From: Monocercomonoides exilis PA203
Lineage: Eukaryota; Protista; Preaxostyla
Direction of reading: 5' to 3'
Length of the DNA: 64,000 nt
Assembly (NCBI GenBank): GCA_001643675.2
Contig: LSRY02000049.1
Location: 248,001 to 312,000, forward strand
Part shown: positions 24,750 through 38,101 of the stretch, in pieces
How the letters are laid out: the number at the start of each line of letters is the position of its first letter
Position numbering within the stretch: the stretch's first letter is position 1
Notes under the pieces: generated by a model
The model's database searches: none
What the model was told of the DNA's origin: nothing
Seen by the model: only the letters and a program-made list of their open reading frames with translations
Program-made: the position numbers and the translations under genes

Positions 24750-24774
24750 TTTCGATATTATCGAAAGAATTTTT
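24742..24774. repeat. 33-bp palindrome (perfect 16-bp arms, 1-nt centre)
   Basis: AAAAATTCTTTCGATA-T-TATCGAAAGAATTTTT. Confidence 0.92.
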
Positions 24775-26499
24775 TGTATATATTTTAATATAAGCATGCG
24801 TTACACTAAAGAAAAATTGTGCTTGTGGTTGTCAGTGACAAAACAGAAATGTCAGTAGATAATTTCACTTTTTATTTAAGTGTTTTATTTTTCATTTTCT
24901 TTTCAATTTTATTTTATATTGTTTCTTGACAAAATATTCATAAATATTGTCATTTATACTAAATTTATAATTTTTTAGTGTGACATAATTTGATCAATTT
25001 ATATAACTTGAATGAACCATAAATTTATTTTCGAATTTGCCACGATTGATTTTTGAGTTTCATAAAAACAATTTTTAAAAAAATGAAGAAGGAATACTAT
25101 TGAAAACGATCTGCCCATCGAAATTCTTATTATCCAAACAAAAAATTGCTGATCTTATGTTTTTTCATTTAGCAATAAAAAAAATATGTGACATTGTTTT
25201 TGTATCATATTTAGAAAGCTAATTCGATGCAATCAACACATTGGAAAAGTGTGTGAATACTACTATCGTATTTTTTTATTGATCTTCAAATTAGAAGAGT
25301 CATTCATGAAAGTTTGTTTTTTTACAAATTTGAATTAACCTCGAGACAGCAAGGTATTTGTGTGCTGTTGAACAAATGCATTTCGCTCAAATTTTTATTT
25401 TCAGAAATTCTTGTAATTTAATAATCATAAAGTTCTTTATTGAATTTGAAATAGCAATATCTGAATTTTTTTTAAATTTCAAATTTTTGATAATAATTGT
25501 TAAAGAGAATGAAAGTGTGAAAAACCATAAAACCCAGTTAATGTTTCAATGAAAAAAGATTTATCGAACAGTTCTTAAATTTGTTGTGAATTATTAACTT
25601 TACAACTTTTTTTTCCATTTTTACATCATTGGAACTATTGTTATTTTAACTTCATTCAGAAAAATGAACTATATATTTGCTTTAAATTGAAATAGGAAAA
25701 ATACTTAAAGAATGAGAAAGTATGTTTCTTTTAATTAATCTTCGATAAAGATGTTTATTTTATCGAACATTTTCAACTTAGTCGGATAATTGTGAAAGAA
25801 GAATTGCATTCGCAATATGAAAAGAATATGAAAAATATGAAAAACAGATGATGATTTTCTTTTACTTGTGATGTTTGAGATTTGAGTTGAAACAATGAAG
25901 AATTCAATTATAAGTATTATATCTTTATCGTTATCTTTTTATTCTCATTGAAAAACTTATCATAAATTTATCGCAACCAATTCCTTCAGAGAATCTTTCG
26001 AAGAAGAGAAAAAATTGAAGCAAACATGATGGTGAAGACTTGTTCTTGACTAATAACTCAGACAATACTCCTTGTCTGCAAATGTTAGCATAGCGATGCA
26101 TGAATGAATATCTGCTCTCACTGATTCTTCAGAAAAAAATGAGTTTGATGTTTGTTGATGCAACATTGCGAACTCACAACCAGTAACTTTTATCATGAAT
26201 GTTGCCTATTCGATTTGATTTTTATGAAAATGAAGAGAAAGAGAAGGAAAAGATGTTAGGAGTGAAATAAAAAGAGAAAAACGTGGTGGAAGATAAAAAT
26301 AAACGCAAAGGGGAAAATGACTGTCTTTATGGACCTTGAAAAGAATTCAAGAGACGAGAACATCAAATAAGCAATGAGCAGATTTCATTTATAAAGCACT
26401 CAGTTGAAGGGGACCTTCAATGTTATCATCTCCTAAAAGTTCAGATGGACATGAAACAAGCAATGATGGATAATATTTTATAATTGTATTTATTCCTCA

Positions 26500-28750
26500 T
26501 CTTCCTTCCTTTATTTTTCTTCTTCTTCTTCTCCTTCTCCTTCTTCATTTGCTTCACCTGCCTTTCCTTCTCTTCCATCTCCTTTGAATCTGCTGCCGTT
26601 CATCACCGAATCCCAAACACACACATGTTTGTCTGAGCATCTGCTGATTCTACCAACTTCTCCTCTGCACAACACAGACTCCCCCAATCGCCATCAGCAT
26701 AGGAACTGCAAAAATACCTCCCACTTCACATTCGTCCCACAAAGTCACCATTGCGATCGAGAGGCTCAATCATCATCAGCATAAACTTCTGTATCTTCTT
26801 CTTCTTCTTCCACTTCCCCTTCCTCTTCCTCTTCCACTTCCACTTCTTCTATCACTTCTTCCTTTTCTCTTCACTCCATCTTCTCTTTAACGACTCGCCA
26901 TCGGCTGAAGCAGCGGCTGTAAGTTGCTCATAAGCACTTGTCTCTCATCACATTACGCAACCATTTCTCCATCGCGTACAGAATCCACCGATGGAGAAAT
27001 TCCCACTTCGGAGGAATTCCTTGGAATTAGCGAGAGTCAATTTTTCAGGAATTTCGGAGAAAAAGAAGAGAGAAGGAAAATGAGGAGAAAAAAGTTGTGT
27101 ACCTCTCAATTAAGTGATAGAGTTCTTTTATTCTTCTGTCTTTTTGAAATATCATATGCAAAACTAGTTTCTTTTCAGTTCAATTTTGAACTAATTGGAG
27201 GAGGAAAATATGACACGATTGCTAAAAGGGGTAAACAGTAGTTATTCTGCTTGATGACGATGACGAGAAAGAAGAGGAAGAAGCAAGACATAATGGTGAT
27301 GGATATAATGATGAGAGAAAAGAGGAAGAAAAGAAAGAAATGAAGAAGAGGAGAAGGAAGAGGAAGAAGAAGAAATATCAGAAGAAGGAGAAGAGATGTC
27401 TGACTGGGAGCTTCCTGATAACGAGAGCACGTTCGAAACATCTCAGACTCCGAAACATTCGAAATGGTTAATATGAAGCAATGCAAATAGTCAGATAAAC
27501 ACACAACAACTCTAACATCTGAATCAACATCAATAGCAGCAGCAGCAACAAACTCAACATCAACAGCTTTTGCTGCAGCTTCTGCTTCTGCTTCTGCTTC
27601 TGTAGCAACAGCTGCAGCTCCAACCGCCTCCGACTCCATACCCGACAAGGCTGTTCATTCCACCTTTCCTTCACCAACTTTCTCTCACTTGTCACTTTAT
27701 CCTTCTTCTGTTTCTCCAATCTCTCTGTCCAAATCCTCTTCTTAATCCACTATTTTTAACACGTCTTCTGAAAAGTCCATCTCTTTCCTTTCCCCTTCCC
27801 CTTCTGCTTCTGCTTCCTTTATCTCTGCCTCATCTTCCACTCCTCGCTCTGATTTGGAGCATTGTGCAGCACTGCCCCTCTTCTTGCCCTCTCCCACACA
27901 GTCACTTTCATTAACACTGCCAATTTCTCTGCTTCCTCCTTTCATGCTGCCTTTCCTGTCTTCTTCTTTTTCAGTTTTACAGCCAGCAAATTCTCTTTCT
28001 TCGTCGCTTCTTCCCCTCGCCATCCCAACACATTCCGCTCTATCTTCTTCTTCTGCTTCTTCCGTCTCTTCAACAGACAGCACAATCAGAAAATGATTCA
28101 CCAAAACTGTCACATTTGGAGAATCTCTTCCTCACATCGAAGGATCGCCTTCCTCTCTTGTGCCATCTACTGACAGCTCCAAGCCTTCTTCATCCACTTC
28201 TTTTCCTCTTCCTTCTCCACCTTCTTCGTTTCCCTCCCGCGGAACATACGAAGGCGCCTCAGTCGCTTCCTCCTCTTTCCTCAGGGAATCTCCTCGTCCT
28301 CTGCAATGCCCAGGCAAAAAATCTTTCTTGTCATCTTCTCTCCGCTTCATCAAAAAGGTGTTCCAGTCGGCAGTCCTCATCGCTTCTCCAAAGGCGAAGA
28401 AGAAGAAAGAGAAAGATGATTTCTTCCCTTTTTCGCAGGCTAACACTGTTTCCTTGTTTTTTGTGAGGAAGCAGAATGTCAAAGACGGAGAATCTGTCCA
28501 GCTGTTGTATCATTACACACCCCGCACATCATCGCTCTTGTGTATTGTTGGTGCCTCACTCGCTTCTTCGTTTTCTCCTTTGTCATATTCTTTTGCCTCT
28601 TCCTCCTCCTCCTCATTATCATCATCTTCTTCATCTTTTTCTTCTTCTTCTTCCTCTTCTTTTTCTTTTTCTTTTTCTTTTTCTCCTTCTTCTTCTCCTC
28701 CTCTTCTTCTTCTTTATCATCGTCTATTCTTCTCACAAATCTGACTGACG
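26500..28750 (+). pseudogene. Decayed low-complexity coding-like relic
   Basis: Coding-like composition with Ser/Glu/Ala microsatellites and broken ORFs (e.g. 28160-28744). No intact gene model; strand and bounds uncertain. Confidence 0.3.
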
Positions 28751-29431
28751 CTTTCAATTGCATTTCCTTTAAGCAATAATCCCCAACTAACACTTCCGCA
28801 CAGATTTTGAATGAATTTGTGAAAGTTGAAAAGGGAAAGAGTGTAACTTAACAACGAATATGACATAAGAGAGTGAGAGAGAGGAACAGGAGAAGGAGAG
28901 AAACGGATTAAAGAAAAAAGAAGAAAATTATAAAAGAGAATGAAATAAGAGAAGAGGTAATAGAGAACGAAGGTCTGGAAAAAGATCTTGATATGGAAAA
29001 GAAAAGAAAAATGATGTAAGCATCGACTTTGTGGATGAACCCTGCGAGTTAACCAGAATATGTTCAGTTTTTCAAAGGATTTATTCAATAAAAAAGGAAA
29101 TAATTTGATGTGAGAAAAATAGTAACATAAGGAAAATAAAACCAAAAAGAGAGTTTATGAATTTGTAAACTCATTTCAGTTGTTGTATTCGTTGATTCAA
29201 CCTTCTTCATCTAATGCACTATCTTTGCAATTTTTCAAAAGAACAACTTTTTTTCATTTATATTTGATTAATTAAAGATTATAATGAAAAAAAAATACAA
29301 ATTTCATTTCCAAATGTTTGTGTATTGTTTCAGGAATAATTGATGAAATGAATAATCAAGTTAAAAGTATTTCATATAATGAAAATACTTGAATTTTTTT
29401 TTGTATTGTATAAATTAAAAAAAGAGAAGCA

Positions 29432-32400
29432 TTATATTCGAAGGAGAGCATCCAGCGTCTGAATGCTTATTGGAAAACGTTTATCACCGAGAATGAATCT
29501 CATTTTGGATATGATTCGTTCGCAACTTGCTTCGCTGCAAGGAGAACAAATCAGAGTCAAGCAGAGTCCTGAGAAAACCATTTGCAGATCTCCGTAGGAG
29601 GAAAAGGCCCTGTTAAAAACTTCTGAGTCTTTTTCAATCACACTTTCTGGGCTTGATTTCAAAAACCTTTGAAAAATTAATAAGCATCCATTTATGTATT
29701 TTTCTTACAGGTGTCGAATTGATTTTCTTGTGTTCTTCGAGAAAGTTTCAAATAATCGTGAATACCAATCGGCAGTTAAGTAATTTTCTATGTTCTTCAA
29801 TATTTCAATTTCTTTTTCAAAAGATAATTCATTGCACAATTCAATCTTTCTTGTCGAGAAAAGAAGTTCAACTTCATTTTCATCATGTACGCTGATATCC
29901 ATTTCTTGTTCATCATCATTTTCGTCAGAATTGTCTTCGAAAGCACAAGATGAATTTCTTAGTTCTAAATCAATCGAATGTGGCTAACTTGTATCGTTAA
30001 ATGTCAATGTCGAGGAAACTTCGGAGTTAATCTCTTACGAGAAAGAGCTGTTGAAACATGAAAGTTGACAATTTGAAGAGGATGAAGATAAAGCAGAGAC
30101 TGAGGCAGAGGCCGATGAAGAAGAATACGACGACGAAGAGGAGGAGGAAGAGGAGGAAAGCACTGCCGTTCTATCAGAAGTTTCATTCGCAATTGTTTCT
30201 GATTCAAAATTTCGTGAAGATCCAAATTCGAACATATCATCAGAGGCAAGTTCTTCTACCAAAAGTAATCCAAGTTCATCGTCTTCTGAATCGCTTTCTG
30301 CTTCTTCTTCTCCTGAAATAATATTATTCTCAATAGAAAAAACAAATTGAGCATTTTCAATTTTCTGTGTCAAATCTAAAATACTTGCTATACACTCCTT
30401 ATTGATTAATTCCGATTCTCTTGATGTAATATTATTCTTTGCTTGGAAAAACCCGTCAATAGTTAAACAATGATTATCAACATGATTATCTTGATTTTGC
30501 AAATGCGACAAAGCTGACAACTGAGCCTCGGTATTCAATACAGAGTTTGTTGATAAATATGCTTTTTGCGTGTTTGTCGAAACTTTTTGAGATAATTACA
30601 ATGAGGCAAAATTTTGAGAAGAAAAGTCTGAAGCATCTGAAGATAGAGAATGGAATTCAGAAGCACCATCCAGACTCACTGTTATTGTCGAATTCTCCGA
30701 ATGATTTTTCTCCTTTTCTTTTTCTTGGTAATTTGAAGCATTAATAAAGTTTTGAGTGAACATTTTGAGTCTGTACAGTTGCATTCCAATGGGAGTTAAT
30801 GAAAACGCTAAAGGTATTATTTGACCATAAGTTCCCATGAAAAAATAATTATGAAATAAAACAAGATTGTTTGCAATCGCATTGTGAAATTCCAAATCTT
30901 TGAACAAGCTATGTTTTGATAAACTTATTAGAAATGAAACTGATTGTATAAGAGCTGGAAAAACTTGCCACAGTTTTGTATGATCATTCTCAAAAAAAAC
31001 AAGTGCAGCTTGTACAATGGATGAAGAATGACTTCTATTTTCATAATATTAATCAGCTCATCCAATTCCAACAGCTTTTCTTTTCCGATCACGTCAAACT
31101 TTTTTCTTACAAACGAGCATATTTGGAGCAAGCTGTGCCATCTTATTGCAACAAAAGCAGGAACGGCCTTCTTCAGTATTGATTTGTATGTTTTTGTATG
31201 GGATCTTTACGAAAATTCCAAAATAGAATATTTTATTTTCGAAAGAAACTTTATTTTGCTGAATGATGAAGAAATTACTAAGTTCGTCAAATGGTTGCAG
31301 CAGTAAATAAAAACAGGTTCTATTGTTGGAGTCGCTTGAGAAGAGGAAGATACAGTAAAAATCTGTTGAATTAAAAGATTTACAGCTTTTCTTTGTGCTG
31401 CCAACCCATCTGTGCAAAAACTGCTTATGATAGAATTAAAAGAAAAAAAATCTTTTGTTAATTTTTGAAACAAAACCAAATAATCATCTGCTATGTAACA
31501 TGGAGGAAAAATTCCCCAAAAAAAAGGTGTTGATAATTAAGATAATTGACAAACAGTTACAACTGTGCACTGTTTATGGGCAACAGATGCACCATCAATC
31601 ATTACACATAATCCACAATTCGTAATTTTTGTTTTTCGTTCCTTTTCCACTTTTGCTTTTTCTTTCAAAACTTAATATGAAACCTTTCTCCTTGTTAAAT
31701 ATGGGAAAATAGATTTTGTATTTACTGTAGGATAGGCTTGCCCAGCTCGAATAAGTAATGAATAAAATTCATTTGATTCTTTTGATGAAGCGGATAAAAA
31801 CGAAATATTGCATTTTGTGATCATCGAAACAAATTGTGTTTCTAGCGTCTCGTGAATAGGTATTGATGGAGATATGTGATTGTTTTGTTGAGTAATTGAA
31901 TAATTTTTGCTCGCAGCTTGTCTAAAATAGAGTAGTAATAAAGTTAGTTTTTAGTAATTCGCATTTGTGATTCAAAATTGAAGGACTGCTTTTTCTTCCG
32001 CATATTCCACAGCTGATTCCATCTTTGCAAACTGGACAAAGATAATATCGGTGAAAATCTTTCTTCGGTGTTCCGTCTTCTTCAACTTTCACAAATGAAA
32101 TCCACAAATTATTGTTGAAATTTTCGAACGCAATTTTTGAAATGAAATTGTTTTTTTTCACAGGATTCTCGTAAACTCAAAGTAATTATGATTCAATTCA
32201 TTTGTTAATCATAAATAAATAAATAATAAGAAAAGCAAAACCTGCTCCAATATTTGTTTCACAATGCTTTGAAATATTAATGAACTGTGCATTCGCTTCC
32301 TTTAACTGTTTGACCTTGTCTTCAAAGGCTCTTGCCTGAAAAAAATAATACAACATAAAATCGAAAAAATAATAGGATAAAAAAACAACCAATAATGAAT

Positions 32401-32491
32401 TTGATAAAGAAATTTTCAACTTATCAACAAGTTTGGTTTTTATTTCATCACATATATTTTCCATTTTGACACTGAATGTCACTGACTTCAC
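29432..32491 (-). mobile_element. hAT-superfamily transposase pseudogene
   Basis: In order on the minus strand: BED-like Zn finger (W...YLCPVC...ILNHKC), CVMIDGAS (first Asp, ~31595), FCTDG (second Asp), YCCNH (CxxH), AIRW (RW motif) and the C-terminal block SPCSEASCERIISKMRFILGDKRFPISIQTLDALL. Several frameshifts and stops; apparent introns in the 5' part. TIRs not identified. Confidence 0.88.
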
Positions 32492-32970
32492 TGACAGTCA
32501 GTAGATCATAAAAATCCGAAATAGACTACCGTGTCAGAAACCCATAAAATAGTCGATTCGAATAATTTACAAAATGTTTATATTATTATTATTAATAATT
32601 ATGAATAATTTATTTATTTTAGAAAAAAATTAATCATTATAAATGAAAATGCGAAATATTTAAAAAAAACTCTTTTTGAGCTCAATGTCAGTCAGTTGAA
32701 TTTTTTGGCTCGTCAAATGTCAGCATGTAACACATGTTTATTTTAATAGGTTATCGACAGATCTTTGTCGCAATCAGTCGAACGACAAAGATCAGTCTGT
32801 GGAAAGATCAGTCTGTCGAAAAGATCTATCTCTCGAATGGATATTCTTTTTTGAGAATTTTTCTTTTTATTCAGAAATTGACTTTCATTACTATTTTGTT
32901 TAAAATACCATTTATAACTTGAAATACTTTAAGTATTTTAAAGATATTGAGTGTTTGTCTATCTGACATG

Positions 32971-34663
32971 GGGTGGTTTTTTAATCCGGACTTTTTTTTC
33001 CCGAGCATTTTTTTCATTGGCATTTCTCATTAAATAATAACAAAAAAATAGAAAAACCATATAGAACCAGGTTTGAATATGTATTTAATGTTCAGACAAA
33101 TTTTTTTTCTTGTTAATTTTTGTTTTTGATGAAGATCTTGGGAATTTAAAATTTATTTTTGATCATTTGTTTTGTTTATTTTACACTTTCTTTCTTTCTT
33201 TGTTTATTTTTTACTATAAGGCTATGAAACACACACAATGAAGTTTTAATATTCCAAATGTTTTATGTTTTTTCCTATTTTTTCACGAGTTTTTCGCATT
33301 TCATTGTTTTAGTCGAAAATTTTCGAAAACTGAAAACAATAAGAGACACAATGTTTATTTTTTTGTTTTATGTGATGTGCATGAAAAGAAAACAACTTGC
33401 ATTGTGTATTCACTATGATTATATTTTGTGAAATGTTGTTAATTTCACAACATACACCAAAAATTTTTCAAGATCGAAAAACTTTAATTCAACCTCGAAA
33501 ATGTTTTATTCAAAATCGAAGAAGTTTAATTCAAGATCGAAAAAGTTTAATTCGAAATCAAAAATTATTAATTCGACATAGAAAATTCTTAATTAGCAAA
33601 AATTTTGAAAAACATTTAAAAATTCATACTCATGTCAGTTTCTTTTCTTTCAGTTATTGATCTGAGAAATTTGTCAATTTCAATTAGAAAAATATATTCT
33701 GGTGTTTTTTGGGTGTTTAATTGTGCGAAATAGTGGAAATAGGATGAGACAGAATTATTATTAAACTCTTCACATGTATTCAGAAGATTTTAATACATTT
33801 GAGCACAAAATAAAAGTGATAGGATAGTTCACGATCTTGTTTTTTGTACAAAAAGACAGACATTTATTTCTTTTATTGAAAACGAAATGTTTTGAATTTT
33901 ATTTATTGCATTGGAAGCTGATAAAATAAAACATTTTCAATCTTCAAAATGAGAAAAGAATCGATTGACATCAGTCTATATCGTGGAAAACAGTCGTTCA
34001 AAACGAAATAAAAACATTTTCAATAAAAAAACATAAGTTATTGTCAACATTTGTGTCAAAAAAATATCTTTGGTTTAGATTTAAATTGAAATACTGAACA
34101 AATTATCTTCTTTTTCGATTTTGAATAAAACATTTTCGAGGTTGAATTAAAGTTTTTCGATCTTGAAAAATTTTTGGTGTATGTTATGAAATTAACAACA
34201 TTTCACAAAATATAATCATAGTGAATACACAATGCAAGTTGTTTTCTTTTCATGCACATCACATAAAACAAAAAAATAAACATTGTGTCTCTTATTGTTT
34301 TCAGTTTTCGAAAATTTTCGACTAAAACAATGAAATGCGAAAAACTCGTGAAAAAATAGGAAAAAACATAAAACATTTGGAATATTAAAACTTCATTGTG
34401 TGTGTTTCATAGCCTTATAGTAAAAAATAAACAAACAAAGAAAGAAAGTGTAAAATAAACAAAACAAATGATCAAAAATAAATTTTAAATTCCCAAGATC
34501 TTCATCAAAAACAAAAATTAACAAGAAAAAAAATTTGTCTGAACATTAAATACATATTCAAACCTGGTTCTATATGGTTTTTCTATTTTTTTGTTATTAT
34601 TTAATGAGAAATGCCAATGAAAAAAATGCTCGGGAAAAAAAAGTCCGGATAAAAAAACTACCC
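32971..34663. repeat. Foldback structure IR2: ~550-bp inverted arms (32971-33520 / 34114-34663) with GGGT...ACCC ends
   Basis: Arms are reverse complements with about four mismatches seen. The loop is ~590 bp and non-coding. No target-site duplication outside the ends. Confidence 0.9.
33455..34179. mobile_element. CAC-ended element with 21-nt tandem subterminal repeats inside IR2
   Basis: TA|CACCAAAAATTTTTC ... GAAAAATTTTTGGTG|TA. The 21-nt period shows as a 7-aa period in spurious ORF 33397-33660. Same terminus as 48855. Confidence 0.6.
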
Positions 34664-34999
34664 TTTATATTTTTTGTTTTGTGAACAAGCATCAATTTGT
34701 AGTCAAAAAGGGAGAACATGCACTAAAGGTTTGGAAAGGATAATTGATTTTATTTTGAAATAAGATGGATAAGGAATGAAGTATAACTGAATTGTCAAAA
34801 CTGTGGATGAATATTTTATATTATTTGTGATGAATAAGATATCATTATTCAAATTGCACAACAAAAAGTATCTCATACAAATTAGAATAGAAAGAAGTTT
34901 CATTAATTCGGAGATGTTCATAATTCAATTATAATTCTGGAAATAAGAAAAAGAAAATACTAACAATTTTGACAAATAGAGCTGAATTAACATTGAAAA

Positions 35000-37170
35000 C
35001 ATAATGAAAAAAAAAGATAAGCGATCTGTAAGGAAATCATTTTTTTCTTTCTTTGTTCTTAACTCTGTTTCTTCTCTTCCTCCACTTCCACGTCCAAAAA
35101 AACTCCTCTCCTTCTCCTCTTTCCAACATTTCCTCTTTTCCTCTTCCTAATTCAACTTTTTCTTCTTTATCTTCTTCTATCACCTCAATCACATCAATTT
35201 CATCCCAGAACATCATCTTATTTTGCTGAAATTTTTAATCGAAATCGCAGCTGCAGCGACAGAAAGTGCTTTTTCAGATTCGAAACTGCATCCAAAACAT
35301 GCAATTGCTTTATTCACAACAACAGCAATAGCAACAGTTCCAGCTACAGTTTCAACCTAATTTTCAGACTTCCTCTTCAAAGAGTGCTTCTCCTGGCATG
35401 GGCCAACAATCACATCCTTCTGCTATTTCTTCTGATCAGATGCTTTCTCCATCAATACCAACAGCATCACATTCACAATATGCACAGCAAATTGTGAGAC
35501 AACCTATTTTCAGTCCATTGTCAACTCACGAAATGACTTTGACATTAAGCGAAACAAATTCACAAATAGGTGAACAAAATCTATATATTTCTGTTCTCAG
35601 CTGCATTATCAGTTATTCATTTTACACAGCAGCATCAGCATCTGAAGGCAAAAACTGAAGCAACACGATAAAAGACGCAAACTCTTCCTCAAACGGCTTT
35701 CCCTTTAAACAGCAGTGTATCTTCATCATCAACTTCATCCGCTTCTTCTTCTTCACGTTTTCCGTCTTCATCGCCCGTCATGACTTTTTCAAACGTTGTT
35801 GCATCTTTTTCATCACACGATTCACCCATCTCTTTGCAATCACCTTCAATTTCTCCTTCATCTGCACCTGCAAACGTCGATTCGACGCGACTTTGGATGC
35901 TGGGAACAACTGTCATCGGCCAGAAAGTGGCGCTGAAGCAGCTTCGCGAATTGCGGCAGTGGGCGATCCAAAATGTGCTGGAAAGAGCGAGAAGGAAGCG
36001 AGAGAGCTGGATTTGGCAGTACATCAGTAAGAAGCTGAGGAGCGGCAGGCTGCCCTTCATGAAGGTGAATGTGCAGAATCTGCAAACGATAGAGCAGGAG
36101 ACACTTGACGAGAACATGAGAGACAGTGTGAAGGATTCCTTTGTGGAGAACTGAGGAATAGCAACGAACAAGCACTTTTGAAGGAATAAGAGGAATGAAA
36201 AGATTGAGCGGAAGAATTGGCCAGAGGGAGAGGAAAGAGATGATGCTTTGTTAACAAGACTGATTGAAGAAGACGACCAAAAAAACAAAAAAGGAAAGAC
36301 AGAAGCAAATGAAGAAAAAGCAGATGACTCGAAAGACGAATTAGACGCAAAATACTACAAATTGTGGCAGCTCGCAGCAGGGTGAGTGAACGAAGGAGAT
36401 CGAATGGCAGAGTGAAAAAGAGAGAATTAGATGCAGCGAGAGAAAGAGCAGGAGAAGCAGAGAGAAGCAGCAATGGCATTGAAGAAAAAGCATCAGGAGA
36501 TTGAAGAACGATGAGTCTGGAAAAGATTGGATCTGAAAAGGGAAGAGAAAGAAAAGAAAGATATTGAGAAGATTTAGAGGGACGTGAAGAATGGAATTTC
36601 AGAACAAGAAATGAAAAAGCTGAAGAACCAGGAGAAGATGGAAACAAAGAAACGAAAGCAGGAGGAGGACGAGCAGAGCCGAATACAAACTGTGCAGAAA
36701 GAAGAAGTGCAAAGGCTGCAGGACAAGAATAAGTTTGAAGAGATTCGCGGCAAGCTATAGAAAGAGGCGGAAGCTGCTGAATGAGAAGCAGCTGGAGGAA
36801 CTGGAGATGACAGCTGAGTTTATGACGAAGATAGCAGAGATAGATGTGGTATTCAAGTTTGTGAACGTGCAGTTCTTCCAGGTGTTGAGGAGATGCACTG
36901 AAGAAAGAAGAGGACGAAATGCAGAGGGAGAAGGAGAGAAAGAAGGAGATAGAAATTGAGGGATTGTGGGAGAGAAAGAGAAAGAGAACTGGCATTTAAT
37001 ATGGAGAAAAATAAAGAAAACTCAAAAAGCTCCATGAAGCTTCTTCAAAGAGTGAATCTTCTGTTGTTCCAGCTGCACTTCTATCTCCTTTTGATTATCA
37101 GTCAACTTTTCGTCGGATTGAAGTTCTTTCTGCAACTCGCAATGTTCCTATTCTTCATCTCATCGTAGAT
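35000..37170 (+). pseudogene. Disrupted gene relic, Ser-rich then charged, product unknown
   Basis: Coding-like fragments (35398-35658, 35780-36154, 36735-36959) are separated by stops and frameshifts, with no clean intron signals seen. Bounds approximate. Confidence 0.4.
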
Positions 37171-37201
37171 TGCGCCCAACAAACAGCTAATGCACAAAAT
37201 A

Positions 37202-37649
37202 CAGTCAAAACCGGATATAATCACGTCGAATAAAATCACATTCGTATATTGTCACATTATTCGATGCACTGACATTTTTGGCCTATATTTCATTCATTTT
37301 CCATCACATATAATTACAGGGTAAAAAAATATATAATCACAATTTTATTCAATATGGGTGCTTTTTTCAATGAAAAATCGATTTTTTGATCAAAAATCAC
37401 AATTTTTCTCTCTTCAAAAATGTGCACAAATAAGTCTAAATAATTTGAATTATGAAAAAATTCATTTTGCAAGTGAAAAATGCGTTTTAATGAAGAATTT
37501 TCAAAAATTAAAAATTTGACCCAAATATTATTAATTAATTTTGTAAATTTCACTTTTTTCTGTGTTATGCAGCATCGCATATTATCACAATCGGATATTT
37601 TCACAAAAAGTTTCGCAAAAGCCGATGTGATTATCTCCGATTTAGACTA
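37202..37649. mobile_element. pogo/Tc1-mariner-type MITE, copy A
   Basis: TA|CAGTCAAAACCGGATATAATCAC ... GTGATTATCTCCGATTTAGACT(A). It aligns in reverse orientation to 50791-51425. Confidence 0.8.
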
Positions 37650-38101
37650 AGATAAGATTAAAAAAAAAAAAAAAAACACCATTTGTTCGAATGTTCTGAA
37701 TGGAACAAAAATCATAAAGTGAAAAATTATCTTCCCATATACACTTTATCATATAACCAAATAAAATTTGAAACATCACATTTGAATCAAATTTCTGTTC
37801 CCACTCACGAAACAAGACAAAAATGAAAGTCGAAACTTGACAATATTGCGCAAGACTTGCAGATGAAGATTTTTGAAGAAGAACATAAACTTGATCAGAA
37901 CATGATTGTTTTATTTTATTTCTTAAACTTAACAAAAAAAAATAAATAAATAAATAAAATAAAATAAAATAAAATAAAAACAAAAATAAAAACAATGCTC
38001 TTATTAATCATTACGAAAAAGCGAAAAAAATTATTGCAATTTCAGTAAAATTTTTGTAACCATAATATTTTTATTGAGACTTCAATCAAATACAAAGCGC
38101 G

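Noticed and set aside
25080-26300. Possible decayed gene
   Set aside because: Only short AT-rich frames with no recognisable motif.
33397-33660. Heptad-repeat peptide or CRISPR-like array
   Set aside because: Degenerate contiguous 21-nt tandem repeats with no unique spacers, in a eukaryotic element.
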